A stretch of 64,000 nt of DNA, taken from Yuukianura sp. NJ FZ-2021. Lineage: Eukaryota. Numbering within the stretch: the stretch's first letter is position 1; each line of letters opens with the position of its first letter. The notes below the pieces were generated by a model. It saw only the letters and a list, made by a program, of their open reading frames with translations, was not told the origin of the DNA and made no database searches. Of this stretch, positions 35,466 through 49,228 are shown piece by piece. The stretch is from contig CM102283.1 of assembly GCA_046563655.1 (NCBI GenBank), forward strand, positions 8,060,001 through 8,124,000, given 5' to 3'. The translations under genes were made by a program, and so were the position numbers.

Positions 35466-36269
35466 AAACTTTTGAAAATTTTGAGAAAAAAAAATGCAAA
35501 AATTTTCAATGCAAAGGGCTCGTTACTACTCGAAAACACGCAAACAAAAAATTTTGTGAAAACTTTTGATTGAAAGTTCTTTGAAAACCAATAAAAAATT
35601 GAATTTTTCTGAAAGTAAAAAAAGCGACTTTCCTTTTATCCACTTTTTGACTAAAATTTTCATCGGTAAATTTTACAGTTTAAGCTGATTGAGTTTAGTC
35701 CACATAATTTCTACACAAAACAATGGAAACTGGGGAGAGACACTTCAAGTGACACCCCTTCATGCCTTAACAATGGTTGCAAAAAATGTTAACGTTTTTA
35801 GTGCACTACAAAAGTTGGAAATGCTGCCACCCTCAACAACTAAAGTGCTGTTGGTTGGAGTGAAGTTAGGCCGAGGGTGACTGGCAGTTGATTTTTGCAA
35901 TTGGAAGTGGCAGTATCAGAGTGCTTCTTTTTGCAAAAATTCACTCAAAGTTATAAACTGTAAAATTCAAAAGTTCAACTAGTGACACAAAGTAAAAAAT
36001 TCCGTCTGAATTTTGTTGTTAAGTTGACTGGTGTGGCTTGTCTATAGCCAAATTTTCTCAAGTTCAAGCAGTCAAACATTGTTTCATTAAAACCCTTTTT
36101 TGATACAAGTTTTGACACTTCTTTCTTGTTTTTTGTGATTTTTTGTAAGTGAGTGAGTTAGTGTACTTGTGGGCCATTTTTGTTGTGTTTTGGTAAAGTT
36201 GTATTTTAACAGTGACCTCCTGACGTGAATTTGCAAACAAACGACCTCATACGCACAATGTAGAAAGCA

Positions 36270-39200
36270 ATGAGTGCGCAGCCGCCATTTCCAAAAACAG
36301 GTACACGCATTTTAAAACGGATTTTTTAGTTTTCATAAAATTTACAATGTGTAAGTTTTGAGAATTTGAAAACTTTACACAGAATTTCATTTTTCGTTGG
36401 GATTTGAAAAGAGCAAAATTTTGATGAGAAATTTTGGAAAACTGAAAAATTCAAATGCAGAACACGAGTTGAGCGTCCAAGAAAAAAATTGTGAACATTT
36501 TGTTAAACTTGTGTTAATTTTTTGTAGTTTTGTGTGTAATTGCATTGCGTAGCGTGGATGGTCAGGAAGCGCATAAAAACGGAAGGAAACAAAAGTTTTC
36601 GAAATCTTAGAGCCGTGTTTCCTTCCTCTTTTTTGAACTCCAAATTTTTGGTGGGAAAAATTAAACTTAATGAACTCTTGCATTGTTTGGTATCAAAAAA
36701 TCATTATGTATTACCCTTTTTTTCATTTTGGTTAAACTAAGATTAATGAGAGTGGAAAATTTAGCATTCATTTGGAATTACCGTAAGTAGATTCTTAAAA
36801 GAAACAATGGATTAATTGTTAAACATGGAGAGATCACTTTTACAACGGAAGGGCGGACAAGGCTCGAGTTTAAATTCATGTCAAGAATATTTTTTTCTTT
36901 GAAGAGGAAACAGACATTTGCCTACGTCAACCAAACGGGTTGAAGTACAGCGGAAGTGTTGTTGTTGTTCCCAACATGGACGTGCATTGATTAAAGTGAC
37001 CACTGTTGACCTATATTTGAAAACAAAAGACAACTCCACCCTACCGACATGACTCTTTAAATGTTTCAATTTGCGTAGATAACTAGAAAGCGAAAAGGAG
37101 TAGATTGATTCCTTGATGAAATGGAGTGTAATGAAACAATTTCTGCGTAGATTCGCTTTTGTTTTGTTAAATTTGATACCTCTGAGCTGATGGTGTCGTG
37201 TTGCGTCTGCGTACTTTTAGAAATTGAAGAATCACTTGGAGGAGATGATGAACTTAATCGATAACATCCTCTTTAGCATAAAAACTGGCACAACAGCGCT
37301 CATTCTCTCTTGATTAACATTGTTTTAGCATGTAACTATTATAACTATTCGTTTTTTTGTTTTTTGACAATTTTTTTGCTTCAAATTTTCATATTTTGCG
37401 TTTAGCGCCTTTTTCATTTCGGTTTAAAATTCACCTTTAAGAAGCATATAAGCTGACGTTTATCCTATAACTGGGTCAATGACCTCTAAAGCCAGTGTCA
37501 TGAAATGTATTTATGTGTAAAGCAATCCTAAATCGTAAAATTTTAATTCAAGGGATAAAATCTACACACTACAGAGGAAAAAATAAGAAATTAATGAGAA
37601 GTTTTTTCGCGCGTTTTTTCTTAACGTTTGAAATGTAAAGAGATTCAAAAGTAACGGCAGAAGCCCAGAAGATGTTTGTGAGTACTTGACAAGAATTGAC
37701 CTAAAATCTGATCATAAATCATCCTTCATCTTCACCACTTTAACACACCATCCCATTCATGTTATTTTTTAAAAGAACATTTGAGTAGATCCACTCAACC
37801 CAAAATTTTTGTCAGTTTTAAGTGCTAAAAAAAATTTTAGACAGTTTTTCTCAAGTAGTTTGGTAAGATTGTGCGCAATTTTGAATGATTTCCGGCAACT
37901 GCACTTACTGTATAGTAGGGTGTCATCATTGTGGTTTTTTGTGCAGTTAATTTCCCAAATGCGGTTGACTTTAACTTGACATACAGTCAGTCAACGCAAA
38001 AAAATGACAACAGGCCAAAATACAGTTTTTGAAAAAAAAGACTTTTGAAATGCACCGCTAAGAAATGTGATGAGACACGGTTCGTAGCTTTGTCTGTGTC
38101 TTTTTGGTGTCGTGTCAGTGGCCATAGACAAGCCGCTCGTCATTCTTCGTCACTTTTTTGCACACATTTTAACACTAAAAAAAAGTTAAGAAAAGTTGAC
38201 TAATTTCACTCAAATTTTTTGCTGAGTAACTTTGGAAATTGAGTGCTAAAATTAGTCTTTAACTCTCTTGAGTAAAATTAGTCGCTCTTTTTTCTAGTTT
38301 TCTCTTCCTTTTTTTCAAAATGACAATTAAATTTTGAAGTGGCGGGAACAATGAATTGAAATTGCGAAATGGGTCATAAATTGGCAAGAAACGAAGGAAC
38401 TAAAACATGGAAGTGATGAGGAACTATGCAATACTTGTGCCCAAATATATCTGATTGGCAACAGAACTGAGTGGTGTAGAACATTGCTTCATCCGTTCTG
38501 CTCTACTACTAAACGTTCTTGGCTTAACAAATGGAGTCAATAGGTTATGAACACAATGCAACATGGAGACTGTTGCAGTCCCGTCAAAAAGTGTAGGTTG
38601 AAAACACACCAAAATCAAATCTTTAAGTTACAATCATTAAGTAACCACATAACCATCAATTTCATACAAACTTCAAAATTTAGACAAAAAAAAACCAACA
38701 AGAAATTGAAAAAACAAAAACAAAAAATTTAACCTTCCCTGCTGCAATTTGACGAATTTTTACTCCTTTTTCTTTTGTGAGATGAACACTGTGTTTTAAT
38801 TTTAGTCAAAATTTCAGTTAAAGTTAAAGTCAAAATTTTGCCAAAGTTAAAGTTGTGTCAAATGGTCCGTAGCATTAGATGTGAACCGGAAATGAATTTG
38901 AAAAGACAATGCAATTTGAAGTGCCAAATTTACTTGCCAATGTTCAGTTATAAAATTTTGAAGTGTTGTGAATCGTCACATCATTTAATGGATCATTTAA
39001 TTTTGAAAAACGCAATGGCCATTACTAAAGCCGTTACAAACCGTCTGAGCGGCACATTTTCAAATTAGCTTAGTTTAAAAAACATTTGGTGCAGCAAAAA
39101 CAAAATTTTTTCATATTTCTGAACATCTTTTGAGGTTTAAAAAATTTTACTCTTTGAATTTTTTCTGTTTTTAGGTTTGGTCCTTGCAATGAGTGAAAGA

Positions 39201-42200
39201 TGAGAATAGTTTGGCTTCGATGGTTCCTTACAAACCAAAAACATGTTCGGATTCCTCGTTTTACAGGTGAAATTTTGCATTTCAAGAAAAAAAATTGAAG
39301 TAAAGATTTTATATCAACTGTAACATCACAAATCAAAATTTTCACGATTCTTCCGTCATTTTATGATTAAAATCTTTCAAATCTTCCGTTAGCTGAGAGC
39401 ATAAATCCTCTAAGTGCTTTTGTTTTATCGCATAAACGAAAAAGGAAGTGAAAAATTTCCATTTTATTTACTCAACGGATTTTCCTTTTTGAACAATTAC
39501 GAATTGTGCAATTTATTTACATTTTTGTGCCTCTATTCTCCTGTCAAGACTCTTTTCAAATGATGTAATCTTTTATGTCAACAATTGCGTTTTCGTGTAC
39601 ACACAAAAATTTTAAGAAAATTACAGAGGCGTGTCCAATTTTTTCCAAATTTACTTTCTAACTAATTTCAATTTGTTTATAACTTTTGTTATTTCAAGTG
39701 AAAATGTATTTTTGAGAGTCAACTGCGCCGACGCATAGTTTATTCTGTTTGACACACCTTAGAAAAAATTCATCTTTAAAGTTATGTCTACCGGCACATG
39801 CGCATAATCTATGACGCATGTCTGCACCTTACAGCATATAATTCATTAAACTGATGCTGAAAAGCCAACTTTGTGCAGGTTACAAAAAAAAACGAATTAA
39901 TTAAAATAACTAAATGTTATTGTTGTTGATACAAAGGATCTGCGCTTGCACAGGTCAAAATGTTTTTCATTTTAATTGCAAATCCAAACTGCTTGATCAT
40001 AGTTACGGTTAATTGCGGTTACATTTTAAATGACTTTGTTTACAGTCATTAACTGCGTTGGTTTTGTAAAGATTTGGTCCTGTGCAGGCGCAAAGTACAC
40101 AAGGAAAAATAGAAAGCGAAACTCAATGCCAAGGTAGTTTTTAGTGTGGGCGGGGGATTTTGAATTCATTTAAGTGAAAAGTAAACCAAAACAGTTGCAT
40201 TTAAAGTCAAAAATACTCTTTTCGTAACAAAATTGGTAAAATAAAGTATGTTTTTTATTTAAATATCATAGTGGGCGAAAATTTAAAATATTTTGTCATT
40301 ACAAAGGAGTGTCACCATACACATCTTAATCAAAATTATAGCATCTGACACCCCATTTTTGGATTAAAAAGTTTTTAGAAAGCTAAAAACAATGAAAAGG
40401 AGAAGACAACAATTCCTTTCTTTTCAAAATTATTGTCAAGCGGGGTACATTAGATCGCTTTTTTGTTGTTGTATGTTGAGGTATGCTGTAGGGCAAGGTT
40501 CTTTGACAACGAAAAATGAATTTTCTTTAACAGGTTGAGTACTAACACGCTTGTTGACAAAAAAATGAAAAAATAAAACGAAAATTAGTACCAATCCAAA
40601 CACTTGGTACCAATTCGTATGCATTTAAAAAATTATGAGTAAGATACCATGAAATGAAAGACACACTCTTTTTTGCAAAATAAAAAAAACATGTGGTATT
40701 ACTCCACCTGTTAAAGAAAATCATTCAACAAACCTTGGCTGTAGGGTATGTTGTGTATTATAGGGTAGGTTGTACGTTGTTTTGTATGTTTAGGGTTGTT
40801 GCGTTGAACCATTTTAGAAGACACCATATAACTTCCCCAACACCCAAAACGAATTAAGATGCACTGTAAAATTGCAATAAAATCCAGTGAGTCAGCACTA
40901 AATTTCAAAAATGCACTTTCTATTCACCAACAACAACAACCGCTGTAGACAAAAAAGCCCTTGCGTGTAACATCCATTAAAAATTGCTACAAAACGTGAA
41001 ATTGAGACCATTTATAATGCAGGGCTCAATTAGCCAAGGGAACCACAAAGCTTAGCATATGCACTGATTCTGCAAAAATTCTCCGCCTTTGGTACTTTTT
41101 ATGGTTCTGCGTCAAATGAACTTTGTAAAAATAGCGTCGTGGATGGAGGCTTTGCTAAACCGCAAAGACGTGAACAAATCTTCACGACGTTAGTCAGATA
41201 TTGTTTAAAAAAAAATAGTTCGCGCGATTTTTCTTTTTCAATTTTTCAAATTCTGACATTTAAAAAAATTGTTTGAAAGTGTAAAATTATGGTGAATTTT
41301 GATGTGAACAATTTGAGTTTTGGCACGCTTTCAATTTTAAAAGTGTAAATAAAACATAATTTTCAACGCTCGTGCTCGTTTTGGTTTTGTCCGATTTCAG
41401 TTGGATTTTTGTTGGCGTGTATTGGCTGTATGGTGGTTGGTGAAAGCGGGATTTTCGAACCTAGCGACACCATTTCAAGAAGTGGACTCGGAGAGGTCAA
41501 GAGGTCACTCCGACGTCAGTCGATTGATGACGATGAAATTCATGAAGCTGAACTCGTCAAAGCCGTTGTCCAAAGTTTGTCTGAATGGAATCAAAGAAGA
41601 CTTCGACGCAAAAGAAATTCGCATAGGTAGATTTTCAAAAAAAAAACTACTTTAAACAAAAATCTCAAAAATTTCCGTTCATAATGTTTCAAAATTTTGC
41701 TTTTTTAGGGTGAAACGAGACGAAGAAGTAGTTTGTTATGGAGAACTGGGTTGTTTCCGGGACGAAGGTCCGTTTGACTACTTGGACATGCTGCCAAGTT
41801 CTCCAGAAGAAATTAGCACTCGATTTCTACTCTACACAAGAACGAATCGCCAAAATCCACAAATTTTTTCATATTTTAATTACACTACAATGTTCACTTC
41901 CAATTTCAATTCATCTGCACCTACCAAAGTTATCATTCATGGGTTTGGATCAACTTGTAACAGGATTTGGGCATCGGAAATGAGACTCACACTTTTAGCC
42001 GTGGTAAGTTCGAATTTTCACAAAAACTAACATTTCCCCGCCATTTTCAAAATTCACTTTTCAAAAAAGTTCCAGATCCCCATATTTCTCTGAATAGTAT
42101 GATCAAGGAACCACAATTAAGGCTCATATTCCGGCGGCAAAGTTCAAATCAAAAATCCACCACCAGCTTTGAAAGATGAAAATTTTTCAAAATTTCGTTT

Positions 42201-45200
42201 CTGAAAACAATTATTTTCGAAATTCATTTTTCAAAAAAGTGTTCATTCCACGCATTCTTTTGAATATAATCAAGGAAACTTCAGTTTTTAGCAGTTTTCG
42301 AGTCAGTCTGTGCCAAACGTACAATTAGCACCACTTGAGTACAATTGAATACTGTTGATTTCCGACAATTGGCACATGCTTGAGATTTTTTTTTTCACTC
42401 ATGTTTTTTTTTTGGTGAACATGCTCATTGTTCCTCATTTGATGAGAATCTTGAGTTGAAATGATGCTTGAAGTGTAGTCAATATATGGTCGTTAATGAT
42501 CGTGTGGACTCATTGAGGTTTCTATCAACCTCATTCTGTATCAATTGATGATCAAAAAAGTTTCTTTCCTTTTGTTTTTCTTGGAATACCAAAGGCTTTG
42601 GGTCAGTAGAACAATGAAACACAATACACGAACTGTCCAATATGGCGCCAAAAGTTGCATAAGTTTGAAAATGGCTCACATTTTGAATCTCCCGGCAGGC
42701 AATTTTTTAATTGAAACGTGGGCGCTGTTAAATTTTTTTTTTTCCTGAAATTGGTAGAATCATTGGAATTCTTTTGTTGTAAAAAATAACAATTAACTTC
42801 ACTCAGCTAATTGTTGTTTTTTATGAACCTCCGAGACATTTTGCAACAACTGACAATTAGTCCCATCGCGGAAAAAAAAATGAGGTCAAAATGGAAAAAT
42901 TGCCGCCAGGAAGTTTTAGTGCGTAAATGCCGTACGGCCCCGTCGGCACTGGACTCATTTAGAACTTACTTTAGCCAATAACACACACTGTAGCTCAGGA
43001 ATTCCAAAAAGTGCGAAATTTTGGCACAAATTTTTGAAAATAAAAAATGATTTCGTTGTTTTGTCTATTGTTTTTAGGTGGAATGTAATGTGATTTGTGT
43101 AGATTGGGAAAACGGGGCGACACTTCCAAATTATGTTCGTGCTGCTGGTAAAACTGAGAAATAAAAACAATTTTGAACAGAAAATTTGAAAAATTTGTAA
43201 CATCATTTTTTATATTTTTTTTTTCAGTAAATACACGCTTGGTTGGGAAACAGGTTAGTGTGGAATTGTGCAAACCATTTTTGCAATTTCGAATTCCAAT
43301 TTTTCGATCATAATTTGCTGTAGTTTTTGTCAATTTTTTTATTGCATTTTTTCAAAATTTTGATGTTGAAAGGTTGCACTTTTGATAAGTTGGTTGAATG
43401 AGAAGCTGGGAACTCGAACACAAGACTACCACTTGATTGGGTTCAGTTTGGGTGCTCATGTAGCCGGTTTTGCAGGTCATGACTTGAAGAATTTAAGTAG
43501 AATTACAGGTACGCAATTACTAACTACAACACACATTTCCGGTTCACAACTAAAAGTACAGCATAGTTCAAAATTTTGTACAAAAATTTTACCCTAACAA
43601 AAATTTAGGACTTGACCCTGCTGGACCTTTGTACGAAAGTTATGACAAAAAAGTTCGGCTGGATTCTGGTGACGCACTTTTTGTGGACGTAATTCACTCT
43701 AATGGAGATTCGCTGTTGATGGGTGGCCTGGGATCATGGTATTTACATATTTATATTATTTTTTCATATATTTATTTATATTATACTTACATATTTATAT
43801 ATAAAGTAGTTCCTGATTGGCTGTGTTTTGTTTTCAGGGAGCCAATGGGACACGTCGATTTTTATCCCAATGGAGGACGCGTGCAGAAGGGATGCTCCAA
43901 TTTGTTTCTTGGCGCCGTTCGAGATTTTCTGTGGTGTATGTTTCAAAATTCAAAATTTTAAATTTCGCAAATTTTTTAAATTTCCTTGAAAGATGTTTTG
44001 AGGTTGATTTTTATTTTAATTTTAGCTGGTTCGGATGCTGATGGCCGAAGTCTGTGCAACCATCGTCGTGCTTACAAGTTTTTTACGGAGTCGATATCTC
44101 CGCGGTGTCCATTTCCAGCATTTTCATGTGAAAGTTACGAGAAGTTTATACTTGGTCATTGTTTCAACTGGGACACTGCGAAATGTGGCAACATGGGCTA
44201 CTTTGCCGATAGACTGCCCAATCCACAACAAGGACTCTTCTACCTTGTAACGAGAGAGGACGAACCATTTTGTGGTAAACTGAGCAATTTTTCAAAAAAA
44301 AATGAATTTTTGAAAATTGAATTTTAAATTTACCGCGGTTTTGTTTGTAGCCAATCAATACAAAATTGCTCTACAAAGCAGTCCCAGTACTGCTCCAATT
44401 TCGACTTACGGTGGAATCGAAGCTGTTCTCGTCGGACATGATTTTATTAACGAAACTTTTTTGATAACAAAGTGAGATCAAAACTTGATTCAAATTTTGA
44501 AACTGTTTTCAAAATTTTTTCAAACTTTTCAGAACGGCGAAAGAGAGTATGGTGCCTGGAGCTGTACTTCAGCGCATGATTGTCGCTCACCCTGCCATAA
44601 CAGATCCAATTCAAATCCAGTTGAAATATACAGCATACCAAGGGTGGCTGTACAGCGGCATCTCACGGTGGTCCATGGACAGCCTCGTACTGACCAATGC
44701 TTATGGAAAGAGGTAAAATTCAAAATTTCAATTTCAAAAATTCAAATTTTGAAAATTTTTCAAAATTGCTTCCCAGTGTTAGCTTCTGTGCGCGGCTACT
44801 GTTGCCCTCCGGAGTTGCAGTGACGATTCGCCTCAAACCTGGAATTTGCTTAAACCGATTTGCGCAACCTCCTGGCAGCAGACCAATATTTCCAGCATCT
44901 CCACTCGATCCACACCAGACTGTATTTTCAAAATTCAAAATTTCAAAATTTCAATCCTCAAAATTTCAAATTCGATATTTTTTTCAGTTTGAGTTTGAAC
45001 TGAATTTTTTGTAATTTCTTTGTCACAGGACAATGAATCGACCAATGGGATGCCAGGATCCACTCCAGCCTATAACGCTAGCAATATGCTGGACATTGAC
45101 GACAATGACCTGTCTGTCATGAAACCTCCAGCGATGACCTTGGTTCCAGTGCATAACAACTTGGCTCCACATGCAGAAGACATGAATCCAGTCGGACCAC

Positions 45201-46459
45201 CTTATAACATTGTCAGCCCAAGTCCTCCAGGGCCCTGGTCAGGTCAACAGTGGCATCCAATTGCTCCATTCACTCCAGTAGAAACATTTCCACATATTGA
45301 AAGTACTGACAATATTACCGGGCATGGAGCACCAGCCAATCAGAGCCAAGAGTTTGTCATTCCTTCGTCGGAGTCACCAGTCGTCAAACTCCGAATTTGT
45401 CTTTTGAATGGCGGCAACCTTCAAAATGAAACCTCAACAGTCATTGCCAACGTGACCTTGAATAATATGACCTGTATCCATCCAGAAGAGGACCATCAAG
45501 GGTCCAGTGGGCCCTTGATGTCCAACAACGCTCTGGGGCAAATTGCATCATACCATCAAGAAGTACTCAGAGAAAATGAACTGTTTCACCATGGAAACGG
45601 CGTTGAAGTGGAGTCGTCGCATGACGAGGGGCCGTCCAGTACCGATTTGGCAATTCCGATGCCACCGGAATCCTTTTGGTCGGCAGTACACAACAATACT
45701 TTAGTAACTGCCAATGAAATGAAACACAGAGAACGAGAACCCACCGGAGACCCACCGATCCCACCACATTTGTCATACATTCTGCAGCAACTGGAGAGTC
45801 AAGGACTCGGACCGGGACCGAAAGTTCGGTTTGGAGACCGGATCAGTTCGGCCGGCCCTTCGTTCGGTACGAACTATTTAAGGGGTCTGCTAGGTCGAGA
45901 GGTTACGCCATCGAAGCTGGTCAGAAGACTGGTCCCTTCGTCAAGGGCCCTCAAGATGAGACCAGTGTCACTAACAGCAGCGCCGTCAAGTTCTGGAAAT
46001 GCTGGCGGTACTGGACCGATTCCAGCGTCTACCCCGGGGGGACATCGCAGACAATCGAAAATCCTTGACCTTGGATTCTCTCCTCTAGCTCCACCCAGTG
46101 ATGCTGGCCACGCCCACTTTAGTTCAAGAGTCCACGACATTCGGTGGCTCCATCCTCCACCTCTTAGGCCCCCGTATGCTGGTGCTGGCAGTAGTCCAAT
46201 CTTTTATGTTACCAAGAACCCACAACTGCCCAAAGGAAAAGGCTACTACCTCATTCCACATTTGGGAGACGGAAATAATAATAGCGGGAGACTCAAAATC
46301 CACCGATTGGTTCAAGCCCCACCACCACCGGCAACGGGAATTCCAAACGAAGTCCCACCGCCCCCACCGCAACTCCCACCTAAATCGTACTTTGAAGACT
46401 TTCGACAGCCCCACCACAACCCACCAAGGTGGACGCAGAAGCCACAGCCCGCCTACTAA
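36270..46459 (+). CDS. Pancreatic lipase-related protein with a PLAT domain and a long Pro/Ser-rich C-terminal extension
   Basis: Likely first exon 36270-36300 (MSAQPPFPKT, phase 1) joins 41401 to complete the signal peptide. Then RVKR^DEEVVCYGELGCF, IHGF, VDW, the GFSLG nucleophile elbow (43439-43453), RITGLDPAGP, DALFVDVIHS, GHVDFYPNGG.Q.GC and CNHRRA (triad His), PLAT exons, and a last exon of about 45029-46459. Confidence 0.88.
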
Positions 46460-46819
46460 ACGTTTTTTTGAATTTGGTTAACTTATTTATTTTTTGTACA
46501 CTAGAACGATAGTTTGCTTTCCGTTAGGTTTTTAAGAAATAAGTAAAATATGACAGTAAAATCAAAGTTTTTGGAACTTTTTTAATTTTCTGGGAGTAGA
46601 AAGCAGAACTCTGCAGGCTATAGATAATTTTTAGGATTTTTATCCAGAGATGGCGTTTCTAGTGGCAACGCAGTCGCTTGTTGGCTAGTTTTGTTTAGTT
46701 TCAGTTATTGCGCGGCAATTTTTTTTGTTTGAAAGTGTCAACGGGTCGTTGAACCCTACCAAGTAGGTGGACCAAAATTCAAAATTTGGCGCTGGGCCAG
46801 GTTGGGTGGCACCGTAGGG

Positions 46820-47188
46820 ATGGGTTGCTGTGGCAGCCAGCCTAAAACGAATGACAGAGAGTACCAGTACCAGACGACGGTGCAAGTTCAGCCTCAAGCG
46901 GAGCAGCCGGAACAAACGCAAGGTCAGGAAGGACAGCAACAGCAAGGAACGGCAGCGACGGAGGGATCAAAACCAAAGGCCAAGGGTACCGCTCAGCCGA
47001 AAACTCGGATAGTTTATGTCCAGGCTCAGCCTCAAGTTGTGACTCGGCCAGTGTACGTAACCCCGGCGTATGGTGGCTACGGATATGGTGGTTACGGTGG
47101 ATATGGCTATGACACTGGATTGTTGTTGGGAATGGGCATGGGCATGTATGGACATCATCATCACTACTACGATGACATGTGGTGGTAG
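46820..47188 (+). CDS. Small lipid-anchored Gln- and Gly/Tyr-rich protein, 122 aa
   Basis: Starts MGCCGS (myristoylation plus palmitoylation consensus), then a Q-rich segment and YGGYGYGGYGGYG..GLLLGMGMG..HHHHYYDDMWW. AATAAA at about 47269. Confidence 0.7.
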   Translation: MGCCGSQPKTNDREYQYQTTVQVQPQAEQPEQTQGQEGQQQQGTAATEGSKPKAKGTAQPKTRIVYVQAQPQVVTRPVYVTPAYGGYGYGGYGGYGYDTGLLLGMGMGMYGHHHHYYDDMWW

Positions 47189-47477
47189 CCTCTACTAAAA
47201 AGCTGCTCAACTAGCATTTGAATCTAGAACGTTAATTTTTAATCTAAAACTTCAGAAATGTTCCTTTGAATAAAGAGAAAGAAAAGAAGTTTTGGAGTTT
47301 TCGTTTAATCGTTTTCACTCGAGTTCGTTCGTTTACGTTTTTGCTTGCTTTTGACTAGCTTTTCATTGCGTTGTGTTTAAAGCTGCTTGCATTGAGTATT
47401 GGTATTTGAATTTAGAATATTTGAAGTTTTTTGGTTAGATTGATTGCTGTTGTTGTGAGTTTGAAATTGTAGGATGT

Positions 47478-48272
47478 TCAACGTTCTTCACACCATTCGT
47501 TCTCCTTGCGAATTTGCTCCTCTTCGGCAGGAGTAAAGTCATTGGTGATGTTGAATGTGCGGCGAATTTCTTCCGGGGTTTTCCCCTTGATCATGTTAGC
47601 AACCGTCTTGCAAGTGACGTCCAGCAAACCTTTGATGTCCAAGTAGTTGGCGGCCTACAACCAAAGTAACTTAATGGCAGTATGATACTGTTTTGTAACA
47701 TGATACTTTTATAAGTTTCATTGGTTTACCAAAATCAGGTCGAACAGAACAGGCTGTCCAATATCCTTCAAAAATTCTCGATCCCAGCGACCAATGTCAT
47801 CCGTACGCTTCTCCGGTGCGTCATCATCATCAATCGGTGGAGGATCATTCTAAATTAAAAGAGAAACTTGAATTAACTTTGGACAATGAAGGAAATAACA
47901 TTGAAGTACGACGCCGTTCTTACGCGATGATAAGTGCACCATTCCACGACACGTCGTAAGATCTAAGTAAATGAAGTATAAATCCCAAGGTCGAGGTATA
48001 TGGTACTTTCTGGAGGAACGTTTGTCTTACGTCAGTTTTGACATTTGGAATAGGGATGAGGTCATCCGAGTCGTCAGTATTTCCCAAGTCTTCCAGCAGG
48101 GTCTTGATTGTTGATGACTGTCAAACAATGAAACAACATGAACAGTGGTTAACGATTATGATTACAATAGTTTATGTAATTGATATACCATCATAGCCAC
48201 GTCCAGATCCACGGTGAACGTTTGATTCTCGTACGATTGTAGCTTGATTTGACGAGGGTTGGCAGCGGTCAT
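47478..48272 (-). CDS. Skp1: S-phase kinase-associated protein 1 (Skp1) family, about 168 aa, 5 exons
   Basis: Exons 48272-48189, 48117-48031, 47962-47924, 47849-47730 and 47654-47478. Motifs IKLQS...[20 protein letters not shown]...IL.RV.EWCTYH, and [66 protein letters not shown] at 48377-48371. Confidence 0.95.
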
Positions 48273-49228
48273 CTTGACGAGCAGTTGTTTAAAAATTGGA
48301 GCTCAAGAGGAGATGTACACACGTCAACAGCCAGCAGCAGAATAAACAAAGGTCAGCCAGGCAGCAGCCTTTTTATAGTGTTTTGATTTAGAGTTGGGCG
48401 CCGACGCAGCGACGTTGACAAGGTAATTCGCACACAGTAATTTGTAATTCGTTCGTCCGTTCGGTTTGATTACTTTATAAAATAAATAATTACTCGAATT
48501 CTATTAATTATAATTTAATTAATAATTACTAATTAAAATACTTTGATCTAAAAAAAAAACATTCCCGCGTTTCGCCGCCATTTTTATTTCTACGAAGATT
48601 TCACACTTGAGAATTCCCCTCGCTGGCTTTTTCTGTAGTTTTTTGGGTCATTTTTTGCACATTTATTCGGAGAAAGATCAGCTGAGTTTGTATGTTGAGG
48701 AGTGAGCTTTTGCCAGATGATGTTTTTATTTTGGTTAGCGAAATTAATTAGCTAACTACACATTGTATAATAACGTCTCTGTGATACTTCCGCTAATGCT
48801 GTTACGCTGTCATCCCACAACGAATCATCCGCGCTGCACTTGCACCACCCCACTTGTTGTGTAAATTCCATTCAAGGTCGTGATTCCAATTCAAGGTCAA
48901 AGGTAATCATATATCACGATTTTTTGTCTCCGTAGTATGAACTCTAGTCACGATTACAGAAACATTCATGACTCATGGTATTTCTCACTTTAACACCCTC
49001 GGATTGTAGTGGATTTTAAGTATATGCTAATCTAATCTTCTGTAATTCATTAGGTGTTTGTGGAACTGCTTGGATGACATTGGCAACCTTTAGCATTCGA
49101 ATTATACTTTCTCACTCAGTACAACTCAAACAATACATCAAGAAATCCGTCGCCGAAAGCTTTCAACGTTACTTCATTGTTATCAACTGCTAAGATTTAC
49201 GATTGTTATCTGCTGAACGTTACTAAAG

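Noticed and set aside
36301-41400. Short ORFs in the 5-kb first intron of the lipase gene
   Set aside because: AT-rich, Phe/Lys/Ile-biased translations typical of non-coding DNA.
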